A stretch of 64,000 bases of DNA from Candidatus Sumerlaeia bacterium (GTDB lineage: Bacteria; Sumerlaeota; Sumerlaeia; SLMS01; JANRJK01). The stretch is from contig JANRJK010000055.1 of NCBI GenBank assembly GCA_033764015.1, positions 64,001-128,000 of the forward strand, given 5' to 3'. The position numbers were made by a program, and so were the translations under genes. Shown here in pieces: positions 1 through 10,856 of this stretch. The notes beneath the pieces were generated by a model. That model was not told the DNA's origin. It searched no databases and was given only the letters and a program-made list of their open reading frames with translations. Every line of letters starts with the position of its first letter. Positions within the stretch are counted from its first letter, which is position 1.

Positions 1-2
1 TC

Positions 3-689
3 GATCTGCTCCCCGGGGACTTCGGGATGCTGATCGGCCCCAACGGCGCCGGCAAGTCCACCATCCTACGCGTGGTGCTCGGCCTCATGCAGGCGGACGC
101 CGGCGCGGTCGAGCTGTTCGGCGAACCGCGCCTCACCCCGTCCGTGCGGCGGCGCATCGGCTACGTGCCGCAGCGCTTCTCGCCGGACCGGCTCACCCCG
201 GTGAACTGCGACGAGTTCCTGCGGAGCTACGCCGCCACGCGGCACGCGCTCGGCGGCGGCGGGCCGGTGGACCGCGCGCGGATCGCCACGCTCGCGGAGG
301 AGCTCGGCATCGCCGAAAAGCTGCGCCAGCCGGTCGGCGTGCTCTCCGGCGGCGAGCTGCAGCGCATGCTCCTCGCCGCCGCGCTCTACGACGAACCGAA
401 GCTGCTGCTGCTCGACGAACCGCTCGCCGGCGTGGACATCCAGGGCGAAGCGGAGTTCTTCGAGTACCTCAACCAATACCGCCGCACGCATCCCGACGCC
501 GCGCTCGTGGTCGTCTCGCACGACATCGGCGTGGTGTACCGCTACGCGACCAAGGTGTTCTGCCTGGACCGCAAGCTGCACGCGAGCGGCGCTCCGGAGG
601 AGGCGCTGAACCGCGACACGTTCGCCCGCCTCTACGGCCACGGCCAGTTCCCCGCGGCGCACCACCACCACCACGGGCATTCGCACTGA
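3..689 (+). CDS. Metal (Zn/Mn) ABC transporter ATP-binding protein, ZnuC-like; 5' truncated by window edge
   Basis: Walker A GPNGAGKST, IGYVPQ, LSGGELQR, LLLLDEP, VSHD; His-rich C-terminus. Confidence 0.85.
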   Translation, partial: DLLPGDFGMLIGPNGAGKSTILRVVLGLMQADAGAVELFGEPRLTPSVRRRIGYVPQRFSPDRLTPVNCDEFLRSYAATRHALGGGGPVDRARIATLAEELGIAEKLRQPVGVLSGGELQRMLLAAALYDEPKLLLLDEPLAGVDIQGEAEFFEYLNQYRRTHPDAALVVVSHDIGVVYRYATKVFCLDRKLHASGAPEEALNRDTFARLYGHGQFPAAHHHHHGHSH

Positions 690-696
690 CCGCCTG

Positions 697-1392
697 CTAG
701 CGGGCGTAGCGCACCGGATCCCGCAGGCCCGCCTCGGCGAAGCCGCGCTTGCGCAACAGGCACGAGTCGCACCGGCCGCACGCGGTGCCGTCCGGCGCCG
801 GGTCGTAGCAGGAATGCGTCATGCCGTAGTCGACGCCCAGCTCGGCGCCCCGGCGGATGATCTCCGACTTCTTGAGGTTGATGAGCGGCGTGTGGATCCG
901 CAGCGGCGCCTCGCCGGAGACGCCCGCCTTGGTGGCGAGGTTCGCCATGCGCTCGTAAGCCGCGATGTACTCGGGGCGGCAGTCGGGATAGCCGCTGTAG
1001 TCCAGCGCGTTGACACCGATGAAGATGTCCGAGGCGCCCACCACTTCCGCAAACGCGAGCGCGTAGCCGAGGAAGATCGTGTTCCGCGCGGGGACGTAGG
1101 TCACTGGGATGCCGCCGCCGATCTCCGCGTCGCTGTCGTGCTTCGGCACCGCGATGTCGGCGGTGAGCGCGGAGGCGCCGAACACGCGCAGGTCGATCGT
1201 GGTCTTGACGTGGCGCTCGACCCCGAAGGCGGCCGCGACGCGGCGCGCGCACTCGAGCTCCGCGCGGTGGCGCTGCCCGTAGCCGATGCTGAGCGCGAAG
1301 AGGCGGAAGCCCTCCGCGCGCGCGATGGCGAGGCACGTGGTGGAATCGAGGCCGCCGCTCAAGAGGACGACGGCGGGGCGGGCGGTGGACAA
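697..1392 (-). CDS. queC: 7-cyano-7-deazaguanine synthase
   Basis: [10 protein letters not shown]-loop, [33 protein letters not shown]. Confidence 0.95.
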   Translation of the reverse strand: MSTARPAVVLLSGGLDSTTCLAIARAEGFRLFALSIGYGQRHRAELECARRVAAAFGVERHVKTTIDLRVFGASALTADIAVPKHDSDAEIGGGIPVTYVPARNTIFLGYALAFAEVVGASDIFIGVNALDYSGYPDCRPEYIAAYERMANLATKAGVSGEAPLRIHTPLINLKKSEIIRRGAELGVDYGMTHSCYDPAPDGTACGRCDSCLLRKRGFAEAGLRDPVRYAR

Positions 1393-1538
1393 GGCGCGTG
1401 GCTCCGCGGTGGCGTTGCGCGTATCCGCGCCGCTGCGCCCCGCGCGGGCAACCGCGAAGCATCGCCGCCTTGCCCCGCGACGGCCCGTTCTTCGCCATAC
1501 CGCACGGCAACGACCACACCGCCCCCGAGGAATCCAGC

Positions 1539-2615
1539 GTGCCCGACCTCTTCGATCCGATCCAGCTCCGCTCCGTCACCATCCGCAACCGCGTCGGCGT
1601 CTCGCCCATGTGCATGTACAGCTCCGTGGACGGCCACGCGACGGACTGGCACTTGGTGCACCTCGGCGCGCGGGCGGTCGGCGGCGCGGGCCTCGTGATC
1701 CTGGAAGCGACCGCCGTCGAGCCGCGCGGGCGCATCACGCCGGACGACGCCGGCCTCTGGGCCGACTCGCAGATCGCGCCGCTCCGCCGCATCAACGCGT
1801 TCTTAAAGGAGTACGGCGCCACGCCCGCGGTGCAGCTCGCCCACGCGGGGCGCAAGGCCGGCACCCCCAGCCCCTGGAAGCGCACCTACCCGGGCATGCT
1901 CAAGATCGAGGACGGAGGCTGGCAGAACGTCGGCCCCAGCCCCATCGCCTTCACCCCCGCGCACCGCGAGCCGGCGGAGCTTTCCCTCGAAGAGGTCGGC
2001 GAGGTGCAGGACGCGTTCGTCGCCGCGACGCGCCGCGCCGCCGAGGCGGGCTTCGAACTGGTCGAGCTGCACGCCGCGCACGGATACCTCGCGCACAGCT
2101 TCCTCTCCCCGTTCTCGAACCAGCGCACGGACCAGTACGGCGGCAGCCGCGAAAACCGCATGCGCTTCGTCCTCGAAACCGCGGCGCGCATGCGCGCCGA
2201 GTTCCCCAAGCACCTCCCCGTGGCGGTGCGCATCTCGGTGGACGATTGGGCGGAAGGCGGCTGGATGATCGACGACACGATCGTGCTGGCGCGCGCGCTG
2301 AAGGACGCCGGCATCGACCTGATCGATTGCAGCTCCGGCGGCAGCACCATGGACGCGAAGATCCCCTACGGCCCCAGCTTCCAGGTGCCCTTCGCCGAAC
2401 GCATCCGCCGCGAAGCCGGCATCGCCACCGCCGCGGTCGGCGCCATCACCGCGCCGGAGCAGGCGCAGGACATCGTCTCGACCGGACGCGCCGACATGGT
2501 GCTACTCGCGAAGGAGCTGCTGCGCGACCCCTACTGGCCCGCGCACGCGGCGAAGAAGCTCGGGCAGGCGGAGAAGTTGAAGCTGCCGCCGCAGTACCAC
2601 GCCTTCATCGGCTGA
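1539..2615 (+). CDS. NADH:flavin oxidoreductase, Old Yellow Enzyme (YqjM/NamA type)
   Basis: [38 protein letters not shown] start after GAGG. Confidence 0.9.
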   Translation: MPDLFDPIQLRSVTIRNRVGVSPMCMYSSVDGHATDWHLVHLGARAVGGAGLVILEATAVEPRGRITPDDAGLWADSQIAPLRRINAFLKEYGATPAVQLAHAGRKAGTPSPWKRTYPGMLKIEDGGWQNVGPSPIAFTPAHREPAELSLEEVGEVQDAFVAATRRAAEAGFELVELHAAHGYLAHSFLSPFSNQRTDQYGGSRENRMRFVLETAARMRAEFPKHLPVAVRISVDDWAEGGWMIDDTIVLARALKDAGIDLIDCSSGGSTMDAKIPYGPSFQVPFAERIRREAGIATAAVGAITAPEQAQDIVSTGRADMVLLAKELLRDPYWPAHAAKKLGQAEKLKLPPQYHAFIG

Positions 2616-2630
2616 GGGAGGGGGCCGCGG

Positions 2631-4469
2631 TCAGGCGACCGGCGCTTCTTCCTTGAATTGCAGCTCGTAGAGCTTGCGGTAGAGCCCGCCGCGCGCGAGC
2701 AGCTCCTCGTGCGTGCCCTGCTCCGCGATGTGGCCGTGGGAGAGGACGACGATCTGGTCCGCGCGCTTGATCGTCGAAAGGCGGTGCGCGATCACCAGCG
2801 CCGTGCGTCCCGCCAGCAAGCGGTCCAGTGCGTCCTGGATCAGCAACTCCGTCTCCGTGTCGATGTTGGCGGTGGCCTCGTCGAGGATGAGGATCTCCGG
2901 GTCGAAGGCGAGCGCGCGGGCGAAGCTGAGGAGCTGCTTCTGCCCGGTCGAGAGCGTGGCGCCGCGCTCCTTCACACCGTTCGCGTAGCCGAGCGGCAGC
3001 TTCTCGATGAACTCCGACGCGTGGACCGCCTCGGCGACCTCGCGCACGCGTTCGTCGGTGATCCACTCCTCGCCGAGGCGGATGTTTCCCGCGACCGTGC
3101 CGTGGAAGAGGAACACGTCCTGCAGCACGATGGCGATGCGGCGCCGTAGGTCGCGCTGGGCCATGTCGCGGATGTCGACGCCGTCGATGAAGACGCCGCC
3201 CCGCTGCGGGTCGTAGAAGCGGCAGAGCAGCGACATGAGCGTGGACTTCCCCGAACCCGTCGGCCCCACCACGGCGACGGTCTGCCCGCGGCGGATCGTC
3301 AGCGACACGTCGCGCAGCACCCAGTTCTCCCCCTGGTACGCGAACCAAACGTCGCGGAAATCGACGCCGCGCTTCATCGGCCCGACGATGGCCGGCGTGG
3401 CCGGGTCCTCGATCTCCGGTGTGCGGTCCAGCAGCTTGAAGAGCCGCTCCGCCGCGGCGGTGGCGCTCAGCACCAGGTTGTACTTCTCCGAAAGGTCGCG
3501 CACCGGCATGAAGAAGCGCTCCAGCGCCTGCACGAAGAGCGCGAGCTGCCCGACGCTCACCACGCCCACCAGCGCGGCGGCGCGCGGCGACTCGAGGTGC
3601 TGGAGTCCCGACTTGAACACCACGATGGCGAAGCCCAGCGCGGCGATGAATTCGATCGCCGGGAAGAACACCGCGTAGGCGAAGACCGACTGGATGTTCG
3701 CCTCGCGGTAGTCCGCGTCCAGCTCGACGAAGCGGTCGTACTGCGTGCGCTCGCGGGTGAACGCCTGCGCCGTCTTCATCCCCGTCAGGTTCTCCTGCAG
3801 GAACGAGTTGAGGCGCGCCAGCCGCACGCGGATCACGCGGTACGTGCTCCGCACCAGGCGCCCGAACCAGCGGCTCACGAGCAGCACCAGCGGCACGAGC
3901 GGCAACACCCACAGCGCGAGCTTCCAGTTGGTCCAGAAGAGCAGCGCGACGAGCGCCGCGAGGAAGAAGAGCTGCTGGAAAACGCCGATCAGGCCCTGGG
4001 TGAAGAGCTCGAACAACGTGTTCACGTCGCCCGTGAGGCGCGTCACCAGGCGGCCCACCGGGTTGCGCTGGAAGAACGAGAGCGGCTGGCGCTGCAGGTG
4101 CTCGAACACGTCCATGCGGAGGCGGAGCATCGCCTCGTTGCCGATCTTGTTGATGAAGTAGCTGTTCCAGGCGTCGAGGCCGAGCAGCAGCGCCTGCACC
4201 GCGAGGAAGAGCGCCGCCATCCAGAGCAGCCCGTGGAAGTCGCCCTTCAGCACGTGCCGGTCGATGGCGTGCTGGGTGATCGCGAGCGGCGCGAGCATGA
4301 GCAGCGCGGTGCCGATGCTGATCGCGATGGCGAGCGCCACCTTGCGTCGCATCGGCGCGAGGTAGCCCGCGAGTCGCCGCAGGTTCGCCCAATCACCGGT
4401 GTGGCGGAGCGCCTCCGCCTCCTCGGCGCGGTCGCGCTCGATGCGCAGCGCGTGCAGGCGGTCGCTCAC
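2631..4469 (-). CDS. ABC exporter fused TMD-NBD, second subunit (MdlB/YheH-like)
   Basis: TM domain, GPTGSGKST, LSTGQKQ, ILDEAT; GTG start overlaps upstream TGA. Confidence 0.9.
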   Translation of the reverse strand: MSDRLHALRIERDRAEEAEALRHTGDWANLRRLAGYLAPMRRKVALAIAISIGTALLMLAPLAITQHAIDRHVLKGDFHGLLWMAALFLAVQALLLGLDAWNSYFINKIGNEAMLRLRMDVFEHLQRQPLSFFQRNPVGRLVTRLTGDVNTLFELFTQGLIGVFQQLFFLAALVALLFWTNWKLALWVLPLVPLVLLVSRWFGRLVRSTYRVIRVRLARLNSFLQENLTGMKTAQAFTRERTQYDRFVELDADYREANIQSVFAYAVFFPAIEFIAALGFAIVVFKSGLQHLESPRAAALVGVVSVGQLALFVQALERFFMPVRDLSEKYNLVLSATAAAERLFKLLDRTPEIEDPATPAIVGPMKRGVDFRDVWFAYQGENWVLRDVSLTIRRGQTVAVVGPTGSGKSTLMSLLCRFYDPQRGGVFIDGVDIRDMAQRDLRRRIAIVLQDVFLFHGTVAGNIRLGEEWITDERVREVAEAVHASEFIEKLPLGYANGVKERGATLSTGQKQLLSFARALAFDPEILILDEATANIDTETELLIQDALDRLLAGRTALVIAHRLSTIKRADQIVVLSHGHIAEQGTHEELLARGGLYRKLYELQFKEEAPVA

Positions 4470-6241
4470 GCGGGCGCCCCCTGTCCGGCGAGTTCGTCGA
4501 AGGACTCCACGTCGCGCTCGAGGCGCTGGCGCTCGCACAGCCGCGCGTAGAGCCCCGGCGCGGAGGCGAGCTCCGCGTGCGTGCCTCGCTGCGTGATGCG
4601 CCCGTCCTCCACCACCAGCACCAGGTCCGCCATGGCGACGGTCGAGACGCGGTGCGAGATCAGGAACACGGTGCGCCCGTCCATCACCTCGCGCAGCCCT
4701 TCGAGGATGCGCTCCTCCGTGTGCGTGTCCACGGCGGAAAGCGCGTCGTCCAGCACGAGGATCTTGGCGTCTCGGGCGAGGGCGCGCGCGATGGAGAGGC
4801 GCTGGCGCTGGCCGCCGGAGAGGTTGATGCCGCGCTCGCCCAGCTCCGTGTCGTAGCCCGCGGGGAAGCCGTCCACCTCGGCGGCGAGCTGCGCGCGCCG
4901 GGCCGACTCGCGCACCGGGCCCGGCCCGAGGCCGTCCTCGCCGCCGAAGCGGATGTTCCACTCGATGGTGTCGCTGAACAGGAACGACTCCTGGAACACG
5001 AAGGACAGGTGGCGGCGGAGCTGCTCCGGGTCGATGTCGTTGATGTCCACGCCGCCGAGGAGCACCTTGCCGCGCTCGACCGGATAGAGCCGCGCCAGCA
5101 GGTTCACCAGCGTGGACTTGCCGGAGCCCACCGGCCCGATGATGCCGACCGTCGTGCCGAAGGGCACCTCGAGCTCGATGTCGCGGAGCTGCGGCTCGCT
5201 GGTCCCCTCGTAGCGGAACGTGAGGCCGCGGATCGAGATGCCGGGGCGCTCCGGCGGCGCCACGGGCGCGGCGGGGACTGCGACCGCGGGCACCGCCTCG
5301 AGCACCTCGTTGATGCGCTCGAGGGATGCGAGGCCGCGCTGCGCCAGGTTCACCACCCAGCCAAGCGCGATCAGCGGCCAGATGATCATGCCGAACAGCA
5401 GGATGAAGGAAACCAGCGTGCCGACGGGAAGCGTGCCCGCCATCACGGAGCGCCCGCCCACGACGAGGATCACGAGCAGTCCAAGCCCGGCGATGAAGCG
5501 GATCGAGGTGAAGAAGAACGCCTGCACCAGGGCCAGGCGTAGGGACTTGTCGCGGTAGGCCTCGTTGCGCGCCAGGAAGCCGGCGGACTGGGCGCGCTCC
5601 TGCCCGTACGCCTTCACGACCTGGATGCCCGCCAGATTTTCCTGCGCGAAGGTCGTGAGCGCGCCGAACTCGTCCTGCTGCTCGCGCGAGCGGCGGTGCG
5701 TCTCGTTGCCGAGCCGGCGGACCAGCGGCGGCAGCAGCGCCACCGGCAGCAGCGACAGCAGGGCGAGGCGCCAATCCTGGCGCGTCATCTGCGCGAGGAT
5801 CAGCGGCACCGCCAGCAGCGTGTTCGCCATGTACATCAGGCTCGGGCCCAGGAACATCCGCACCGCGTCCATGTCGTTCGTGCCCCGCGACATCAGGTCG
5901 CCGGTGTTGCGCGCGTCGTAGAACGCGGGATCGAGCGCCTGCAGCCGCGCGAAGTACAGGTTGCGCATGTCGAACTCGAGCTCGCGCGAGGCGTCGATGA
6001 TCACGCGGCGCATCAGGAAGCGGAAGCACGCGCCGAGGCCCGCCAGCGTGAGGATGTTCACCGTCAGCCACGCGAGCGCCTCGCGCGTGTAGCGCCCGCC
6101 CTCGACCACGTCGACCGCGCGGCCCACCTGCACGGGCACCTCGACCGCGAAGTAGTTGGCGGCGAAGACCAGCAGGATGCCGATGCCGAAGTGCCAGCGG
6201 TACGCCAGCAGCAGTGGCCGAAGGGTGCGGAGCGCCTTCAC
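4466..6241 (-). CDS. ABC exporter fused TMD-NBD, first subunit (MdlA/YheI-like, degenerate Walker B)
   Basis: TGDLMSR, GPVGSGKST, LSGGQRQR, VLDDALSAVD. Confidence 0.9.
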   Translation of the reverse strand: MKALRTLRPLLLAYRWHFGIGILLVFAANYFAVEVPVQVGRAVDVVEGGRYTREALAWLTVNILTLAGLGACFRFLMRRVIIDASRELEFDMRNLYFARLQALDPAFYDARNTGDLMSRGTNDMDAVRMFLGPSLMYMANTLLAVPLILAQMTRQDWRLALLSLLPVALLPPLVRRLGNETHRRSREQQDEFGALTTFAQENLAGIQVVKAYGQERAQSAGFLARNEAYRDKSLRLALVQAFFFTSIRFIAGLGLLVILVVGGRSVMAGTLPVGTLVSFILLFGMIIWPLIALGWVVNLAQRGLASLERINEVLEAVPAVAVPAAPVAPPERPGISIRGLTFRYEGTSEPQLRDIELEVPFGTTVGIIGPVGSGKSTLVNLLARLYPVERGKVLLGGVDINDIDPEQLRRHLSFVFQESFLFSDTIEWNIRFGGEDGLGPGPVRESARRAQLAAEVDGFPAGYDTELGERGINLSGGQRQRLSIARALARDAKILVLDDALSAVDTHTEERILEGLREVMDGRTVFLISHRVSTVAMADLVLVVEDGRITQRGTHAELASAPGLYARLCERQRLERDVESFDELAGQGAPA

Positions 6242-6370
6242 GGGCTGGGGGCGGCGCCTCCGGCGGGGGGGAAAGTCCGAATGCGGTCCAAGGGTGTCAT
6301 CGACAAGGCGCCGTGCAAGTTCCGGTCCGGGGCTGTGCGCCGGATATTCGGCCCGTCACCGCGGACCCCG

Positions 6371-7600
6371 TCAACCGCCGCTCGCGGTGTCGAGTCGTTC
6401 GACCCGCGCGATGGTCCGCGGCATGACCAGGAAGTCGGGCTGCGCGAAGGTGGGCGCCTCGCTGGCGAGCGGCAGCCGCTCCGCGCTCCGCGCGACCAGG
6501 CGCCCCTCCGCGTCCACCAGCGCCGCCGCGACGTCGCCCTCGAAGCGCCCGTAGGGCCAGTATGGCACGCGGTACTCGACGGCGTTCGCTCCGGGGCGGC
6601 CCTCGATCGGCGGCGACTCGTCCTCGAAGAGCGTCCGGTGGTCGTGCCAGCGGACCAGGAGCTTCGCGCGAAGGGGCGAAGCCGCGGCGCCCTCCGCACC
6701 GCGCCACTCGATGCGGAAGGCGGCGGGCGCGCCCCGCTCGACCCGCATCGGTCCGGGGGCCTCACCCGCGACGCGCAACCCGTCGACCCGCGCGCCGCCG
6801 GGCTCCGGCGCCGTTTCCGGATGGAAGGGGTGCGCCGGCGGGAGCGTCCGCTCCGCGAGCGCCATGGTGTACGCGCGGTGCACCTCCGCGGAGGGGCCGT
6901 CGTGCCGCACCCGGCCGTGCTCCAGCCACACCAGGCGCTGGCAGAGGTAGCGCGCCGTCACCAGCTCGTGCGTCACCAGCACCAGCGTCGCGCCGCTCTC
7001 GTGGAGCTGCAGCAGCCGCAGCATGCCGCGCTGCTGGAACTCCGCGTCGCCCACCGCCAGGATCTCGTCCACCAGAATGATGTCGGGATCGAGGTGCAGC
7101 GCCACGCTGCAGGCGAGCCGCCCGTACATACCGGTGCTGTAGTGCCGCACCGGATCGAGGATGTGCTCGCGGAGGCCGCTGAAATCGATGATGCCTTCGA
7201 GCCGTTCGAGGATCGCCTCGCGGCGCAGCCCCATCAGCGCGCCGTTGTAGAAGATGTTCTCCATGCCCGTCAGGTCGGGGTGGAAGCCGACGCCGAGTTC
7301 GAGCAGGGATGCGACCCGGCCGCGGACCTCGACGGTGCCGGAGGTGGGCGGGGTGATGCCGGCGATGAGCTTGAGCGTCGTGGACTTGCCTGCGCCGTTG
7401 TCGCCGACGATGCCGACCAGCTCCCCGGGCCGGATGGCGAACGTGGCGCCGTCCAGCGCGAGGAACGGCTCCGCGGCGAGATGCTCGAAGAGCTTGTCCA
7501 CCACCCACGCGCCGAGCCGCGGCGTCGCCCGGCGCCGGACCGTGTAGCGCTTCGAGACCGCGTCGAAGCGGATCGAGCCCTTTGGCAAGGCCTCGCTCAA
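6371..7600 (-). CDS. Wzt/TagH-type polysaccharide export ABC ATPase with C-terminal domain
   Basis: GDNGAGKST, LLELGVGFHPDLTGMENI, YSTGM, VDEILAVGDAEFQ. Confidence 0.85.
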   Translation of the reverse strand: MSEALPKGSIRFDAVSKRYTVRRRATPRLGAWVVDKLFEHLAAEPFLALDGATFAIRPGELVGIVGDNGAGKSTTLKLIAGITPPTSGTVEVRGRVASLLELGVGFHPDLTGMENIFYNGALMGLRREAILERLEGIIDFSGLREHILDPVRHYSTGMYGRLACSVALHLDPDIILVDEILAVGDAEFQQRGMLRLLQLHESGATLVLVTHELVTARYLCQRLVWLEHGRVRHDGPSAEVHRAYTMALAERTLPPAHPFHPETAPEPGGARVDGLRVAGEAPGPMRVERGAPAAFRIEWRGAEGAAASPLRAKLLVRWHDHRTLFEDESPPIEGRPGANAVEYRVPYWPYGRFEGDVAAALVDAEGRLVARSAERLPLASEAPTFAQPDFLVMPRTIARVERLDTASGG

Positions 7601-8715
7601 CGCGCGCCGCCCAGCAGCCGTTCGTAGTATGCGACGGTCTCGCGGACGAGGCGCTCCTCGTCGAACTGCTCGCGCACGTGGGCGCGGGCGCCCTCCGACA
7701 GCCGGCGCCGCAGCTCCGCGTCGCCCATGATCCGCAGCATCGCCGCGGCGAGCGTCTCCGGCTCCTCCGGCGGCACCAGCAGGCCGGTCCGCTCGTGGAT
7801 CACCGAGTCCGGAATCCCACCCACGTTGGTGGCGACCGTGGGGAGGCCCGCCGCGAGCGCCTCCAGAATCGCGGTGCCGAGCCCTTCGAGCCGGGATGCG
7901 AGCACGTAGGCGTCGGCGGAGGCGAGCAGCGCGGGCACGTCCTTGCGGAAGCCCGGCAGCCAGGCCGCGTCCGGGCCCAGCCCCAGCCGCGCGGCCAAGG
8001 CGCGGTGGTCTTCGAGAAGGCTGCCTGCGCCGGCGATCAGCAGGAAGGCGTCGGGCCGCGCGGCGCGCACTTTCGCGAAGGCCCGCAGCGTGATTTCGTG
8101 CGCCTTCTCCGGCCTCATGCGCGCCGTGCTCACCCAGAGGAACATTCCCGGCTTCAATCCGGGGACTTCATCGCGGATGGGCGCCGGAAGCGCGTCGAGC
8201 AGAGACGGGTCGGGCACGGAGCGGATCAGCGCGTGGGGCTTCGCGGCGAGTCGCGGGTAGTCGAGGATCTGCTTCTGGATGAAGGTGCTGATGGAGAGGT
8301 AGGCGTCGACCTGGTTATAGAGCCACCGGTTCCCGCCGTGCCGGCTCCAGGGATAGTCGTTGTGCTTGGTCCGCAGGAGCAGCGGCACGTCCCGCGGCGC
8401 AAGCTTCCGCGCGAGCACCGCGAGCCACGTGTCTTGGCTCCCGTGTAGATGCACCAGGTCGGGTTTGAAGCGGCGCACGTCATCGAGGAACCGGCGCGTG
8501 TCGGGCACCGAGTGCCAAAGCTGGAAGGGGGGCTTGAACTCGTAGCCGGGCCAGGGCTCGACGCCCGCCTCGCGAGCCTTCGCGAGCAGCGGAGCCATAT
8601 GCGGCGCGGCGAGCGCCACCGTGTGTCCGGCCCGGACGGCGCCGCGCATTTCGACCAGGATGCGGTTCGACTGCCCGCCCCAGCCGCGCAGCATGTTCGT
8701 GTGGAGGATGCGCAT
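7597..8715 (-). CDS. GT4 family glycosyltransferase
   Basis: GWGGQ N-terminus, EGLGTAILEALAAGLP, GGIPD. Confidence 0.9.
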   Translation of the reverse strand: MRILHTNMLRGWGGQSNRILVEMRGAVRAGHTVALAAPHMAPLLAKAREAGVEPWPGYEFKPPFQLWHSVPDTRRFLDDVRRFKPDLVHLHGSQDTWLAVLARKLAPRDVPLLLRTKHNDYPWSRHGGNRWLYNQVDAYLSISTFIQKQILDYPRLAAKPHALIRSVPDPSLLDALPAPIRDEVPGLKPGMFLWVSTARMRPEKAHEITLRAFAKVRAARPDAFLLIAGAGSLLEDHRALAARLGLGPDAAWLPGFRKDVPALLASADAYVLASRLEGLGTAILEALAAGLPTVATNVGGIPDSVIHERTGLLVPPEEPETLAAAMLRIMGDAELRRRLSEGARAHVREQFDEERLVRETVAYYERLLGGAR

Positions 8716-9441
8716 TCAGGCCCTTCCGTGGCGCCGGCGGTTCTTCCAGTCGTGCGCCCACCGGTAGAACGGCGTGAAGGAGTAGCGGAAGCGCAAGCCC
8801 GTCCGGTCCGGCTGGACCATCACCCGGCGAAGCAGGAAACGATCCCCGGGCCCGTTGCGATTGCCGCGGATCGTCGAGACCGCCACGCGGAATCCAGCCT
8901 CCTGCACGGCGCGGACGGAGCGGTCGCAATACGCGCCGTAGGGGTAGGCGAAGGATGGCACCGGCGCGCCAAGCGCGTCCTCGAGGCGCGCCTTCGAGTC
9001 GGCGACCTCGCGGCGCAGCTCCGCGTCCCCGAGCGTCGGCAGACGGGGATGCGTGAGGGTGTGGGCGCCGACCTCCATGCCTTCGGCGAGCAACTCGCGG
9101 AGCTGTGCGAGGTCCATGTGGCCCGGCGCGCCGCCGAGGGAGCGCTCGGCGATGATGAAGAAGGTCGCCGTCATCCCGGCGTCCTTCAGCAGCCGCAGCC
9201 CGGGCTCGAAGTTGTCCGCCATGCCGTCGTCGAAGGTGAGCCAAACGGTCCGCTCGAGCGCCGGGGTGCCGAGGCCGGCGTCGACCTCGGGGCCGAGCAC
9301 GGAGCGCAGGCCCATGCCGCGGAGCCCCGCGAGCTGGTCGCGGAAGACCTCCGGGGGGACGAAAAGCGCCGGATGTCCGTGCCCCGCGGGGGCCCCCCCG
9401 AGGTAGTGGTACATGAGGATCGCGCCCATGCGGGGAAGCAT
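8716..9441 (-). CDS. Polysaccharide deacetylase (NodB homology); start uncertain (9441 or 9429)
   Basis: ILMYH, LTFDDG, GAHTLTHP, FAYPYG. Confidence 0.88.
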   Translation of the reverse strand: MLPRMGAILMYHYLGGAPAGHGHPALFVPPEVFRDQLAGLRGMGLRSVLGPEVDAGLGTPALERTVWLTFDDGMADNFEPGLRLLKDAGMTATFFIIAERSLGGAPGHMDLAQLRELLAEGMEVGAHTLTHPRLPTLGDAELRREVADSKARLEDALGAPVPSFAYPYGAYCDRSVRAVQEAGFRVAVSTIRGNRNGPGDRFLLRRVMVQPDRTGLRFRYSFTPFYRWAHDWKNRRRHGRA

Positions 9442-9712
9442 CGGGCGCCCGGGAACGGTGTGCGCAATGGGATAGGACCGGGGGGGGCTCGCGGAAATCC
9501 ACAGGATTTCGCTTGCGACTGAAGAGCCCCGACCGCAGAGGTTTTCCCGACGATACCCAGTCGAATTCTCAACGAATCGACCCCTCGACCCGGAGCGGAA
9601 CCATGCGTCCCGAGGCGCCCATGCCGAAGGCACCGTCCGGAGACCACCGCCCAGCCGGGAATGCAGTGTCCAAGCTTGCCGACGAAACCCGGGTCAGGAG
9701 AAAGCCCCGTTC

Positions 9713-10849
9713 ATGTTCGGAAAGAAATCGGTAGTCGGTCTCGACATCGGTTCCAGCAAGGTGAAGGCGATCCAGCTTCGCCGTGCCGGAAACCGGTTGG
9801 AGGTCGAGCGCTTCGGTGTGGCCGATGTGTTCTCGCCGGACCGCCCCCAGGGGGCGTCCGTCTCGGACCTCAAGCTCACCGCGGCCCGCGAGGCGGTCGC
9901 CTCCGGACGCCTCGACGCCAAATACTCGGTGTCCGCCGTCGCCGGCGAATCGATCATCGTGCGCTACATCCAGATGATCGAAATGCCCGAGGCGGAGCTT
10001 AAGAACGCGCTCCGCTGGGAAGCGGAGGAGTACCTCCCCTTCGCCATCGACGAAGTGAACATCGACTCGGTGGTGCTGGGCCCCAGCGCCTCGCCGGGGA
10101 AGGTGGACGTGCTGCTGGTCTGCGCCCGCAAGGACATGATCACCGAGCACTACAACATCATCCGCAGCGTCGGCCTCACGCCGCTCGTGGTGGACGTGGA
10201 GGGCTTCGCCTTCCTCAACTGCTTCGAGGCGATCTACAAGCCGGGCCCGCAGGACTGCGTGGCCCTGGTCAACATCGGCGCCGAGACGACCAACATCAAC
10301 ATCTATGTCGGCGGCACGTCGCGCTTCTCGCGCGACATCCCGATCGCCGGCAATGCGATCACGAGCGCGGTCATGAACAAGGCCTCGGTGGACTTCGCCA
10401 AGGCCGAGGAAGTGAAGCGCATCGTCGGCGCACCCTCCAGCGAGGCGAAGGCCGACGACGGCGAGGGCGAAAGCTCCCTCATCAGCACCATCCGCGGCTC
10501 CGTGGAACGCATCACCGGCAGCGACCTCGGAGACAACTCCGTCGAGGCGAACGCCGAGAAGGCGATCGCGCAGACGCTCGAGCAGTTCGTCGGCGAACTC
10601 CGCCGCTCCGTGCAGTTCTTCGAGAACCAGCCCGGCGGCAAGACGGTCTCGCGCGTGTTCGTCGGCGGCGGCTCCGCCAAGATGAAGAACCTCACCGACT
10701 ACGTCGCCTCGGGGCTCGACATCCCCGTCGAGATCATGGACCCGCTCCGGGGCCTGTCGGTGGGAAGCGGCGTGAACCGAGACCTGATCGAGGCGCACCG
10801 GGAGCAGCTCGCCGTCTGCGTCGGCCTCGCCCTGAGGAACCTGGACTAA
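9713..10849 (+). CDS. pilM: Type IV pilus assembly protein PilM
   Basis: GLDIGSSKVK, WEAEEYLPF, NIGAETTNI, GGGSAK, VCVGLALR. Confidence 0.92.
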   Translation: MFGKKSVVGLDIGSSKVKAIQLRRAGNRLEVERFGVADVFSPDRPQGASVSDLKLTAAREAVASGRLDAKYSVSAVAGESIIVRYIQMIEMPEAELKNALRWEAEEYLPFAIDEVNIDSVVLGPSASPGKVDVLLVCARKDMITEHYNIIRSVGLTPLVVDVEGFAFLNCFEAIYKPGPQDCVALVNIGAETTNINIYVGGTSRFSRDIPIAGNAITSAVMNKASVDFAKAEEVKRIVGAPSSEAKADDGEGESSLISTIRGSVERITGSDLGDNSVEANAEKAIAQTLEQFVGELRRSVQFFENQPGGKTVSRVFVGGGSAKMKNLTDYVASGLDIPVEIMDPLRGLSVGSGVNRDLIEAHREQLAVCVGLALRNLD

Positions 10850-10856
10850 CCCCGCC

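Noticed and set aside
1393..1538. preQ1 riboswitch upstream of queC
   Set aside because: No recognisable consensus or A-rich tail
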